The translations under genes were made by a program, and so were the position numbers. The notes under the pieces are model-generated. The model searched no databases. It had not been told where the DNA came from and was given only the letters and a program-made list of their open reading frames with translations. This document shows, piece after piece, positions 35,503-43,819 of a DNA stretch of 64,000 nt. Origin of the DNA: Limisphaerales bacterium (GTDB lineage Bacteria > Verrucomicrobiota > Verrucomicrobiia > Limisphaerales > CAIMTB01); contig JBFWOK010000002.1 of NCBI GenBank assembly GCA_050250555.1, positions 8,053 to 72,052 of the forward strand. The letters are read 5' to 3'. Numbering within the stretch: position 1 is the stretch's first letter; the number at the start of each line of letters is the position of its first letter.

Positions 35503-37215
35503 ATGCATCCCCGCACCTGGACGATCTGGACATCCCAAACCATCGCCCGCGGTACTCCCGTCCGCGCCCGGATCGGACGTCTCTTCTCGCTTCTTCTCAG
35601 TCTTTCCCTTCACGGCGGGGCCGCCGAACACGACCTGGTCGTCTATGGCGGGACCTCGGCCGGAGTCATCGCCGCGGTGCAGGCGCGGCGCATGGGCAAG
35701 GACGTCGTCCTCGTTTGCCCGGATCGCCATCTCGGCGGCCTCTCCAGCGGCGGCCTCGGATTCACCGACACCGGAAACAAAGCCGTCATCGGTGGACTTG
35801 CCCGCGAGTTCTACCACCGCATCTGGAAGCACTACGACGAACCCGCGGCCTGGAAATGGCAGGCGCGGTCCGAGTACGGGAACAAAGGCCAGGGAACCCC
35901 CGCCATCGACGGCGCCCAGCGCACGATGTGGATCTTCGAACCCCACGTTGCCGAGAAGGTCTTCGAGGACCTGGTCCGCGAGCATCAGATTCCCGTGCAT
36001 CGCGATGAAAGGCTCGACCGCGGGAAGGGCGTCCGAAAATCCGGCGACCGCCTTCGCTCAATCACCATGCTCTCCGGCCGGACCTTCGCGGGACGGATGT
36101 TCATCGACGCCACCTACGAAGGGGACCTCATGGCCGCCGCCGGCGTCGCCTACCACGTCGGGCGTGAATCGACCAACACATACGGCGAAACGTGGAACGG
36201 CGTTCAGACCGGGGTCCTCCATCACCGACATCACTTCGGCGTGCTGAAACAGGGCATCAGCCCCTACGTCGTCCCCGGCGACCCTTCCAGCGGCGTCCTC
36301 CCACGAATCAGCCCGGCGCCTCCGGGCGCGTACGGAGCCGCCGACGATCGGATCCAAGCCTACTGCTACCGGACCTGCCTCACCGATCACGCGCCCAACC
36401 GCGTCCCCTTCCCCAGGCCGGACGGCTATGATCCGACCCAGTACGAACTCCTCCTGCGCGTCTTCGCGGCGGGTTGGCGCGAAACCTTCGACAAGTTCGA
36501 TCCGATCCCCAACCACAAGACCGACACTAACAACCACGGCCCGATCAGCTCCGACAACATCGGAATGAACTACGACTACCCGGAAGCCTCCTACGAACGC
36601 CGCCGCGAGATACTCCGCGAACACGAGACGTATCAGAAGGGCTGGCTTTACTTCGTCGCCAACGACCCCCGCGTTCCGGCCGACGTTCGTGACGCCATGT
36701 CGAAATGGGGCTTGGCCCGCGATGAATTCACCGACAACGGAAACTGGCCGCACCAGATCTACGTCCGCGAGGCGCGCCGGATGATCGGGGAGTTCATCAT
36801 GACCGAGAACGAACTGCTGAAGCGCCATCCGACGCCGGACTCGGTGGGCATGGGCTCCTACACGATCGATTCGCACAATGTGCAGCGCTACATCACGCCG
36901 GACGGATTCGTTCAGAACGAGGGCGACATCGGCGTTCGGACACCCGGCCCCTACCCGATCGCCTACGGCGCCCTGGTCCCGAAGAAGGGCCAGGCCGCGA
37001 ACCTCCTGGTGCCGATCTGCGTTTCCAGTTCCCACATCGCGTTCGGTTCGATCCGCATGGAACCGGTCTTCATGATCCTCGGCCAGTCGGCGGCCACCGC
37101 GGCCGTTTTCGCGCTCGACGCGGGCATCGCCGTCCAGGACGTCCCCTACCCCCGCCTCAAGGAACGCCTGCTGAAGGACGGCCAGATCCTGGAATCCACT
37201 CCCGCGTCTCGCTGA
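35503..37215 (+). CDS. FAD-dependent oxidoreductase (FAD_oxidored/PF12831-like, exported)
   Basis: Start at ATG 35503. Signal-like segment, then the dinucleotide motif DLVVYGGTSAGVIAAVQARRMG. IDATYEGDLMAAAG, and the C-terminal SSSHIAFGSIRMEPVFMILGQSAA typical of this family, which is common next to glycan-active genes. Confidence 0.85.
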   Translation: MHPRTWTIWTSQTIARGTPVRARIGRLFSLLLSLSLHGGAAEHDLVVYGGTSAGVIAAVQARRMGKDVVLVCPDRHLGGLSSGGLGFTDTGNKAVIGGLAREFYHRIWKHYDEPAAWKWQARSEYGNKGQGTPAIDGAQRTMWIFEPHVAEKVFEDLVREHQIPVHRDERLDRGKGVRKSGDRLRSITMLSGRTFAGRMFIDATYEGDLMAAAGVAYHVGRESTNTYGETWNGVQTGVLHHRHHFGVLKQGISPYVVPGDPSSGVLPRISPAPPGAYGAADDRIQAYCYRTCLTDHAPNRVPFPRPDGYDPTQYELLLRVFAAGWRETFDKFDPIPNHKTDTNNHGPISSDNIGMNYDYPEASYERRREILREHETYQKGWLYFVANDPRVPADVRDAMSKWGLARDEFTDNGNWPHQIYVREARRMIGEFIMTENELLKRHPTPDSVGMGSYTIDSHNVQRYITPDGFVQNEGDIGVRTPGPYPIAYGALVPKKGQAANLLVPICVSSSHIAFGSIRMEPVFMILGQSAATAAVFALDAGIAVQDVPYPRLKERLLKDGQILESTPASR

Positions 37216-37251
37216 ACACGGCCAATCCACCTCAACGAAGCGCTCCGGACG

Positions 37252-40200
37252 TCAATTCGGCACTCTCGGCGCATCGGGCGTGACATGATCGAGCCGGGCC
37301 ACGAGATCGTCACAACGCCGGGCAAAGGACTCGAAACTGTCGTACTTGAGGACTACATGTCGAATTTCGTCAATCGACTCGTCGCTGATCTCGCCACCCG
37401 CCACAAACTGTTCGAGATGCCCGATGGCCTCGTAGCCACGAAAACCGCCTCCACCATCCCATGTCTGCCGATGCCGGTTCCTGTAGATCCGACTCCAATC
37501 GAGGATCTCCCGTAGCCATTGCTCGAGAACCTCCGCGTGACAATCGAACGCGTACAGATTGCTTCGCCAAAGCCAGTGAAACCCAATGCCCGATTTGGAT
37601 GCCGGCTTACCTTCCGACTCGACGTCGGTTTTGTTTCTGAGGACACTCGTCGCGCCAAGAAAATCCCCCAGCGACAGACGGTGCGGGCCCGCGGACCGAC
37701 GCAAGCGCAGAGCGGTAGGCTGATACCGAAGACTGCTTCCATCGGGGCGAAGGGGGCGCACCGGAAGTCCGACTCCCATGGCCAGGCGCGATTCGTTCGC
37801 CTTCACATCGGTCAGCACGTCGAGAGCCAATTCCCCAAGCCGAACGGACTGGCTTCCTTTGGTGATTCCAAGATACCAGTCGCCACGAACCGAAAAATGC
37901 CCGGGCAAACGCAAAGGCCTGAGGTCCACCGTGGGATTCGCGGAGGAATCCTTGGACTCCCGCGTCGCGGCGCAGGCCGTCTTGTACCAGTGCCGGCACG
38001 CGACAAAGCCCCCCTGGGCTCCCGGGGCGTCCGGTTTCCAAGCGGGCCACAGTTCCGCTCCGTCGAAGTCCATCACCTCGAGCAACAGCAGCCAGGCTTT
38101 GTAGAGCTGCAGGAAATGGCCCGAATTCGGCCCCATCACTTTAACCAAGGCTTCTCGCAGTCTCTTTTCCTCAATCTTATCGACCCCCTTGCCTTCCTGG
38201 CTCTTAATGAGTTCTTTTATTTCCTTGGCCCGAGCCTCGATCGTCGTTTCTTTGGGCTGATCCCGTATAGCCTCATTGAGGGAAAGAACCCCTTTCAACA
38301 GACTCCGAATACTCTCCGGACCTCCCGACCTTGGGGCGGATGAATCGTCTCCGGGACTGGAAATACACTTTGTCAGCTTATCCCCAGGCGCATCGGATCC
38401 CCAACTCGGCGAGCCAAGATACTTAGCGATCTCCGAGATCCAAATCTCCAGCACAAGGCAAAGAAGAGAACTCGGCTCCGCCATAGCCGTGCCAAAAGCG
38501 CGCACGCCACCCCCGGCAGGACTGCACCCGGTACCCGCCAGGCGGTTCGCTTCCGCTTGAGCAACCTCTTTGGCAGCCATCAGAAAGTCCTTCCAGCCCA
38601 CCTTGAAGCCCGTGGCGCCTGCCTCATTGTTCGCAGGATGAATGAGTTGGGAGTCGGAAACTGCGTTGACAACCTCGTTGATCCACGGGAGAGCCTTCGA
38701 TTTCCTACCCTCCTCCCTCCGCTCATCATCTTCCCCGATTGTCCGCGCCGCGCGTCGCCACGCGGCTGCATCAATCATCAGGAATCCATAGTCCCAGGTA
38801 TACGGCACCCGGTCGATTGAAGCTGGCATGCTGTTAGTGGACCCGGGGCTCCACGGCGAGTAGTCCATTTCGCTGCATCGAAAACTGTCGATCCGCTTCC
38901 TGAACGAACCGGTCTTCGAGCCGACCCGTTCCTTTGGAGAATGCACGTGAAACTGGTCTTCGAAGCGCTGCTCCTCGGCCAAGCCGACTCGAAGATCCCG
39001 ATGGAGGTAACTCCTCAGCGATCGCAAGTCCCCATCCTGAGTCCTGTTCCAGTAGCCGTCGACCTGCACCACCAGGGTCATGGGCTTGTTCACGGGATTC
39101 GGATAAGCCGCCAGATCCCGAAGGATCCCGTACTCCCCTGTACCCCGGGATCGGATGATTCCCCCCTCGCCGCCATCCCCGGGCGAATGAGCGCTGATGA
39201 AGAACGTCCGCAGAAAGGCGTCTTCCTTGTCGTGGTACTCCTGTATCCCTGCGGTTTCCGTGTGCAACTGCACCTCAAGCGGTATCCTCTGCGGTCGCTG
39301 GGCATGGAGGTGGGAGTACAGTTCGAAATCCGGATCCGCAAGCGCGCGCTCCGCACCCTCGTCGTGAACGACCCGCAGCTCCCGTACACAGCCATGGAGA
39401 TCGCCCACCAGCGCCGGTTCGACGGTGAACGCCACGCGCTCAGCCCCCTCGAACGGCACCCGCCACACCTTGATCACCGTGAAGCGCTCCGGCTTGCCCG
39501 CCGGAGTGCTGGAGGCGCTGGGACGAACCGACACCTTGGGAACGGACTCCACGATCACACTCGTGACGCCCCTACGCCGAAGGTAGGTGGTCAGGAGCGA
39601 ACAGACGGCCGTGTAGGAATCCTGATCGCTGTCACAGGCCATCTGCAACGCCTCCATGTCGTCAATCACCAAGCGGAGCGGAGGACGCCCCCGCCCCTGG
39701 GTGGCATCACCATTTAGCCAGGGATTCGAGGACTGATCATCGTTGCAGGCCACCTCGACGTGCCGGCGGACAACATCGAAAAAAACTCCCGGAATGAGGT
39801 CACGCGGAACCAAGCGCCGATAAAGGATGAGATCCAGGCGCTTCCGATCCTTCGCCTCCGATTCCTCGGTCACGATAAGCGGTACGAGAGCCCGAATGAA
39901 TGCGTCCCTAAAGGCCTTGGGCTGGACGCCTTTGTAAACCTGGATTTGATCGTAGAGTATCCGAGTCAATGGGTGTTCGGCGTACCGCGTGAAGAGCGCG
40001 TTGGCGATCTCGTTTCGAAACCTGCGAAGGTCCAGGTATCGGGTGGTGATAAGGATTGTAGAGAAGGGTTTTAGAATCTCGCGAGCCAAGAGCAGCGTGC
40101 TTAGGAGAAGTTCTTTAAGTTGCTCTTCGCTTACACTCTGCCCCATCTGCGATAGGCGTTTTATTTGCTCCTCGACCTGAGTCTTCTGGTTTTTTAGATC

Positions 40201-41763
40201 ACTCTTCTCGGCTTCCTTCTTGACCCATTCGCAGAGTTTACTGGCGCTCTCCGGGAGTTTCCATTTTGGAGGAGTCCCGCTCAGGTTCGACAGCACCGCC
40301 AGGGAGGTACGGACCAGCGCCGCGATCGAATGCTGGACAAAGGCCGTCGCCAAAAGGCTCTTGTGGGTGTTGGCTTCGCCAGTCACTTTGGCCAACGAGC
40401 CACTTCTGAGGCCGCATACGTCGCTGGCGGGGTGAGGCTCGACTTTGACCTCGGAGTTGGAAGGCAGCTCCGCGGGATCCCGAAGCATGTTGTCGAGGAA
40501 TTTAATGCCGAAGGCGGCGTATCGAGGTCGGTCGCACTCCTCTTCAGTTTTCGACTTCAGGGCCGCCTGCGCCTCGCCTTCGTGGCCGCTTCCCGAACCC
40601 GTCGGGGCCTCGGGCCTGGATCGCTTCAACGCGTAGAGCAGCCATTGGATCGAAGGGAAAACACGGACAATGCTATTCCCTTCCCGGGGATTGTCCGCCT
40701 CATGTTGCCTGTCACTGTAGCCCGCCTCCCTTCCATGGGAGAAAAACTCAAGGGTGTGCTCGTCCAGCGAGTTCTCAAATCCACGCGCTTTGATCACGCG
40801 GATGGTCCGAAGGTTCACGCCATTCCGACTCGTGTACCGCAGGCGGTAGACAAAATCAGCCTGGGCCTCCTCCCGGCGTGCGTTGTTTGGGATCTCCTCC
40901 CCCGATGACGTAAAGACGAGGTTGGCTTTGTCCTTGAGCAGGTGGATCAGTCGGTTGATGCGCGCTTCGGTGGGAATAGCCTCACCGTAGAGATCCCGCC
41001 CCCCGCTTGCGGTCTCCAGTCCCGGCACTGAGTCAATGACGACCAGATGCGGACAGTTGGGTGGGGCGCTCGGGAGAAACGACGCGATCCGCTCAATGAG
41101 AGTCCACTCGTCGCCAAGGTCGAAGGTGGACAGGTCGACGAATGAAATCTCGCCGTCAGTCGTTCTGGATCCCCCAGAGGACCCGGAATCGAAGCTGGCG
41201 GTCCAGACTCTCGCCGCGAGCAGATCGCCTATCAGCTCTCCGACGGGTTCTTGGGGGCCGGGCTCCTCCTTGTCCACACTTTTTTTGCCTTCACCGATCG
41301 TGTACGCCTTGAGAATGGTTCTGCCAACGCTGGCGTTTTCTCGAAGGCGAGAGAACCAAGTGCGGACATCGTCCGCGTGGGACTCCCATCCGTACGTCCG
41401 GCCCACGACATCGTTGAGCTTGAACGTTCTCATCAGCGCGGCAGCTTCTCTGAAGCGCCAGTCCGTGGAGAAGAAAAGGATGATCGGCGAACGTGAAGTC
41501 AACTCGACCGACTTCAATCGATTGCAGAGGGTGGCCCGGTAGTGGGCTGCCAGATGTAGCGCCAAGGTGGATTTGCCCGACCCAACCGGCCCCTCAATGC
41601 AGATCACACTTGGCCTGGAATCCGGATTATCGGTTTTGCCCTTCTCTTCCTGCGGACCCGTCCTTTCAAGGAGCAATCCGTCCAAATCCGGAATGCCAAA
41701 CCACAATCGCACGCGGCGACCTTTGTCGACTTCGCGGTCCGTGTTCGCCCCCGTGGTGGTCAT
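37252..41763 (-). CDS. 1503-aa protein: KaiC/RecA-like ATPase domain + second degenerate KaiC-like domain + ~650-aa C-terminal solute-binding-protein-like (PBP2-like) region; function unknown
   Basis: ATG at 41763 overlaps the upstream stop (ATGA). Domain 1: Walker A ICIEGPVGSGKSTLALHLA, Walker B HLVVIDSVPGLE, KaiC-like IRVIKARGFENSLDEHTLEF. Domain 2: FGIKFLDNML...GSLAKVTGEANTHKSLLATAF (Gly to His in Walker A), PLRLVIDDMEAL, and FTVIKVWRVPFEG. C-terminal region: VPYTWDYGFLMIDAAAW, VGWKDFLMAAKEV, and LPGHFSVRGDWYLGITKGSQSVRLGELALDVLTDVKANESRLAMGVGLPVR, resembling MalE-type binding proteins. Markedly lower GC than the flanks. Confidence 0.85.
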   Translation of the reverse strand: MTTTGANTDREVDKGRRVRLWFGIPDLDGLLLERTGPQEEKGKTDNPDSRPSVICIEGPVGSGKSTLALHLAAHYRATLCNRLKSVELTSRSPIILFFSTDWRFREAAALMRTFKLNDVVGRTYGWESHADDVRTWFSRLRENASVGRTILKAYTIGEGKKSVDKEEPGPQEPVGELIGDLLAARVWTASFDSGSSGGSRTTDGEISFVDLSTFDLGDEWTLIERIASFLPSAPPNCPHLVVIDSVPGLETASGGRDLYGEAIPTEARINRLIHLLKDKANLVFTSSGEEIPNNARREEAQADFVYRLRYTSRNGVNLRTIRVIKARGFENSLDEHTLEFFSHGREAGYSDRQHEADNPREGNSIVRVFPSIQWLLYALKRSRPEAPTGSGSGHEGEAQAALKSKTEEECDRPRYAAFGIKFLDNMLRDPAELPSNSEVKVEPHPASDVCGLRSGSLAKVTGEANTHKSLLATAFVQHSIAALVRTSLAVLSNLSGTPPKWKLPESASKLCEWVKKEAEKSDLKNQKTQVEEQIKRLSQMGQSVSEEQLKELLLSTLLLAREILKPFSTILITTRYLDLRRFRNEIANALFTRYAEHPLTRILYDQIQVYKGVQPKAFRDAFIRALVPLIVTEESEAKDRKRLDLILYRRLVPRDLIPGVFFDVVRRHVEVACNDDQSSNPWLNGDATQGRGRPPLRLVIDDMEALQMACDSDQDSYTAVCSLLTTYLRRRGVTSVIVESVPKVSVRPSASSTPAGKPERFTVIKVWRVPFEGAERVAFTVEPALVGDLHGCVRELRVVHDEGAERALADPDFELYSHLHAQRPQRIPLEVQLHTETAGIQEYHDKEDAFLRTFFISAHSPGDGGEGGIIRSRGTGEYGILRDLAAYPNPVNKPMTLVVQVDGYWNRTQDGDLRSLRSYLHRDLRVGLAEEQRFEDQFHVHSPKERVGSKTGSFRKRIDSFRCSEMDYSPWSPGSTNSMPASIDRVPYTWDYGFLMIDAAAWRRAARTIGEDDERREEGRKSKALPWINEVVNAVSDSQLIHPANNEAGATGFKVGWKDFLMAAKEVAQAEANRLAGTGCSPAGGGVRAFGTAMAEPSSLLCLVLEIWISEIAKYLGSPSWGSDAPGDKLTKCISSPGDDSSAPRSGGPESIRSLLKGVLSLNEAIRDQPKETTIEARAKEIKELIKSQEGKGVDKIEEKRLREALVKVMGPNSGHFLQLYKAWLLLLEVMDFDGAELWPAWKPDAPGAQGGFVACRHWYKTACAATRESKDSSANPTVDLRPLRLPGHFSVRGDWYLGITKGSQSVRLGELALDVLTDVKANESRLAMGVGLPVRPLRPDGSSLRYQPTALRLRRSAGPHRLSLGDFLGATSVLRNKTDVESEGKPASKSGIGFHWLWRSNLYAFDCHAEVLEQWLREILDWSRIYRNRHRQTWDGGGGFRGYEAIGHLEQFVAGGEISDESIDEIRHVVLKYDSFESFARRCDDLVARLDHVTPDAPRVPN

Positions 41764-43082
41764 GCGGCGATAATTTCCTCCTTCAAGATCTCCCCAAGGA
41801 CTTTCCTATAGGCGCTTCTCTGGGCGCTCCTTTGGCGCACCAGGTTCGCCAGCCCCTCATCTAGAGCCATTCGTCTCTCCGCAAGGTTCTTCTCATCCGC
41901 ACGCCATTTCGCTTTCATGCATCGATTCAAAATGTTGGCAAAGGCCTTCCGATAGTCGTCCACAACTTTGGTCTCGTTTGATGAGGGACCTGATGGAGGA
42001 ATCAATGCTCCGGCAGAAGCGTCATCGACGTAAGCGCGGACCACCTTGTTGAATCGCTCAACCAATACATTGTGAAGCGTCGACCAAGCCCCCGGTTTCT
42101 CCGGGCTTAGAATATCTTCCGCTACATAGTCGTCGCGGAGATCCAAATAGAGATCTCGGAGCCGAGTCGCCTTTGCAATAACGCCACCGGAACGATCCTC
42201 ATCGGAGCCCAGTCGGGGAAGGAGACTCGATAGGCCCATCGTCGCGATCTGTTTGACGGAAGTCGGTGTGGACCACCATAGGGACGGGAGATAAACCGAC
42301 TTCAATTCCGCGGAATGCGCCTGTCGCTGGTGCAGGATGCCGACGAGCACCTGGGCGACCTGCGCCCTCTGGCCCGGGGTGTGGGCCTCCAAGTTGTCGA
42401 ACAGCTGCCCGAAGACATCCGCGATCGATCCCGCATGGGCGGTCGCCATGATCGTGTGTCCGGTCCGGGCAAACTCGTAGGCCAGGCGCCAGGCGAACTT
42501 CTCGCGAAGTTCCCCGACATAAACGAGCGTCGTGGTCTGCCGAAGCGCCGTCTTGAGACACCGCTCCAATCGCTTCTCCCGGGTCTCCTTATCTCCGTAC
42601 AAGAGGCGAGTGCAAACGTGCGCCATCAGTTCGCTTTCCTTGTCCTCCTCCTTTTCCTTCCGAACAAGATAGGGGCCAACGCTGTCACGCCCCATCGATA
42701 TCCCGCCCGACACCTTGGCGCCGGGGTTGGCCGCGGTTGTGAGGCCAAGTTTCATCAGGGAAAGCCCCTCTTTCTCCTTCGCATCGACCGACACCACCTC
42801 CGAAAGCAATTCGTCTGGATCCTCGAGGGTCAGGATCATCGGCGGTTCTGGTGTTTCAGGTGTTTCTCCTTCCTTCTTCCCCTTCTCCTCAGCCTCCACG
42901 AGGCGATGATGCCTCGGCAGAAGAATCGCGCTGTGAACGATCTGCGCCGCCAATGTCGTCTTTCCCGATTTCGTTCTTCCACCAATGACAATCAGGCCTT
43001 TGGCAAGACCTCGGCTCAAAAGGTTTTCCCGCTCTGGGTACTGGCTGAACAGGTGATGTTCTTTTGGATCTGGCGCACTCAT
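41760..43082 (-). CDS. Divergent PilT/VirB11/GspE-superfamily (secretion-type) hexameric ATPase-like protein with helical C-terminal extension
   Basis: 440 aa. Walker A LIVIGGRTKSGKTTLAAQI, Asp-box-like MILTLEDPDELL, Walker B/Glu YVGELRE, and His-box-like TGHTIMATAHAGSIADVF, in the canonical order. A ~110-aa charged insertion sits between the Asp box and Walker B. The ~170-aa helical tail was not recognised. Confidence 0.8.
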   Translation of the reverse strand: MSAPDPKEHHLFSQYPERENLLSRGLAKGLIVIGGRTKSGKTTLAAQIVHSAILLPRHHRLVEAEEKGKKEGETPETPEPPMILTLEDPDELLSEVVSVDAKEKEGLSLMKLGLTTAANPGAKVSGGISMGRDSVGPYLVRKEKEEDKESELMAHVCTRLLYGDKETREKRLERCLKTALRQTTTLVYVGELREKFAWRLAYEFARTGHTIMATAHAGSIADVFGQLFDNLEAHTPGQRAQVAQVLVGILHQRQAHSAELKSVYLPSLWWSTPTSVKQIATMGLSSLLPRLGSDEDRSGGVIAKATRLRDLYLDLRDDYVAEDILSPEKPGAWSTLHNVLVERFNKVVRAYVDDASAGALIPPSGPSSNETKVVDDYRKAFANILNRCMKAKWRADEKNLAERRMALDEGLANLVRQRSAQRSAYRKVLGEILKEEIIAA

Positions 43083-43146
43083 TGGAGGGAGGTGGTTTCG
43101 GAATCCGGCGGCTCGACTCCGGACGGAACGGCAGCGTTGTTACCGC

Positions 43147-43758
43147 TCAAAGTCGACCTCGCGCCGCTGGGTTCTCTGGTATCGCGACTTCGTCCTGGAA
43201 TCGGACAGTGAGGTAGAAGATCGGACCTGATTTGCTTTCAGACATTCCAGCATCCGTTGCTTCGCCCGCCCCTCCGGAATTGGTTCCGTTTCCGGGGGTC
43301 TTGATGCTACCGATGCAGTCCACCAAGGTGATCCTCGCCGACCTGAAGCGTTTCCTTTTTTTGTCGGGCGTTCCTTTTGGCGCGCGCAACTCCAACCCCT
43401 CGGGATGCACGCTCAAAAAATCGAGCTTCGATTCCGCATCGCACGGGTCACCATTTTGCGGCAAGTGATCGAAAAGTTGACAGGCCTGCGCGTAGCTTAG
43501 TGGCGCGTGGAATTCCTTCTCCGGGGTCCAGCCGATGGACTCCAATTCGTTCAGGATCGTATCGTAAAGAATCTGACGGAAGTATTTGGCGGCATTCCCT
43601 TTCAGAATCGGAGGTTGGTCGGAACTCGAAGGCATGGTCCAAGTTTGGTGCTCGAGTCGTTCGCGCAAATAACCAGCAGGCCGGGAATGACGGTCCGGAA
43701 AATCCTGAGTCATCCGCGATCCGTCAAGAATCAAACTCGGTGTTTTCACTATTTTCAT
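43147..43758 (-). CDS. Hypothetical protein (first gene of the low-GC triad)
   Basis: Preferred start is ATG 43758 (MKIVKTPSLILDG...), because GGAGAGG lies 5 nt upstream; an alternative ATG is at 43773. 203 aa, with no TM helix or signal peptide, a Lys/Arg patch (KGTPDKKRKRFRSAR) and a Gly/Ser-rich linker. No domain recognised. Confidence 0.65.
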   Translation of the reverse strand: MKIVKTPSLILDGSRMTQDFPDRHSRPAGYLRERLEHQTWTMPSSSDQPPILKGNAAKYFRQILYDTILNELESIGWTPEKEFHAPLSYAQACQLFDHLPQNGDPCDAESKLDFLSVHPEGLELRAPKGTPDKKRKRFRSARITLVDCIGSIKTPGNGTNSGGAGEATDAGMSESKSGPIFYLTVRFQDEVAIPENPAARGRL

Positions 43759-43819
43759 CCCTACCTCTCCCATCGTTCCGCAAGACCAGGCACGCGGACG
43801 ATCGGATGTCCTCGGCGCC

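Noticed and set aside
34555-37230. ORFs 34555..36000 -, 35042..36247 +, 35298..36008 + and 36058..37230 -
   Set aside because: They overlap the exported hypothetical (33708..35195) and the FAD oxidoreductase (35503..37215) in wrong frames or on the wrong strand, and they cross the palindromic repeat.
37252-41763. kaiC circadian clock gene
   Set aside because: There are no kaiA/kaiB genes. The protein is three times the size of KaiC, its second Walker A is degenerate, it has an unrelated 650-aa C-terminal region, and it lies in foreign low-GC DNA.
41760-43082. Type IV pilus retraction ATPase pilT or T2SS gspE
   Set aside because: No pilus, secretion-platform, secretin or pilin genes are adjacent. 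The large insertion and novel C-terminal extension differ from housekeeping PilT/GspE, and the gene is coupled to the KaiC-like gene.
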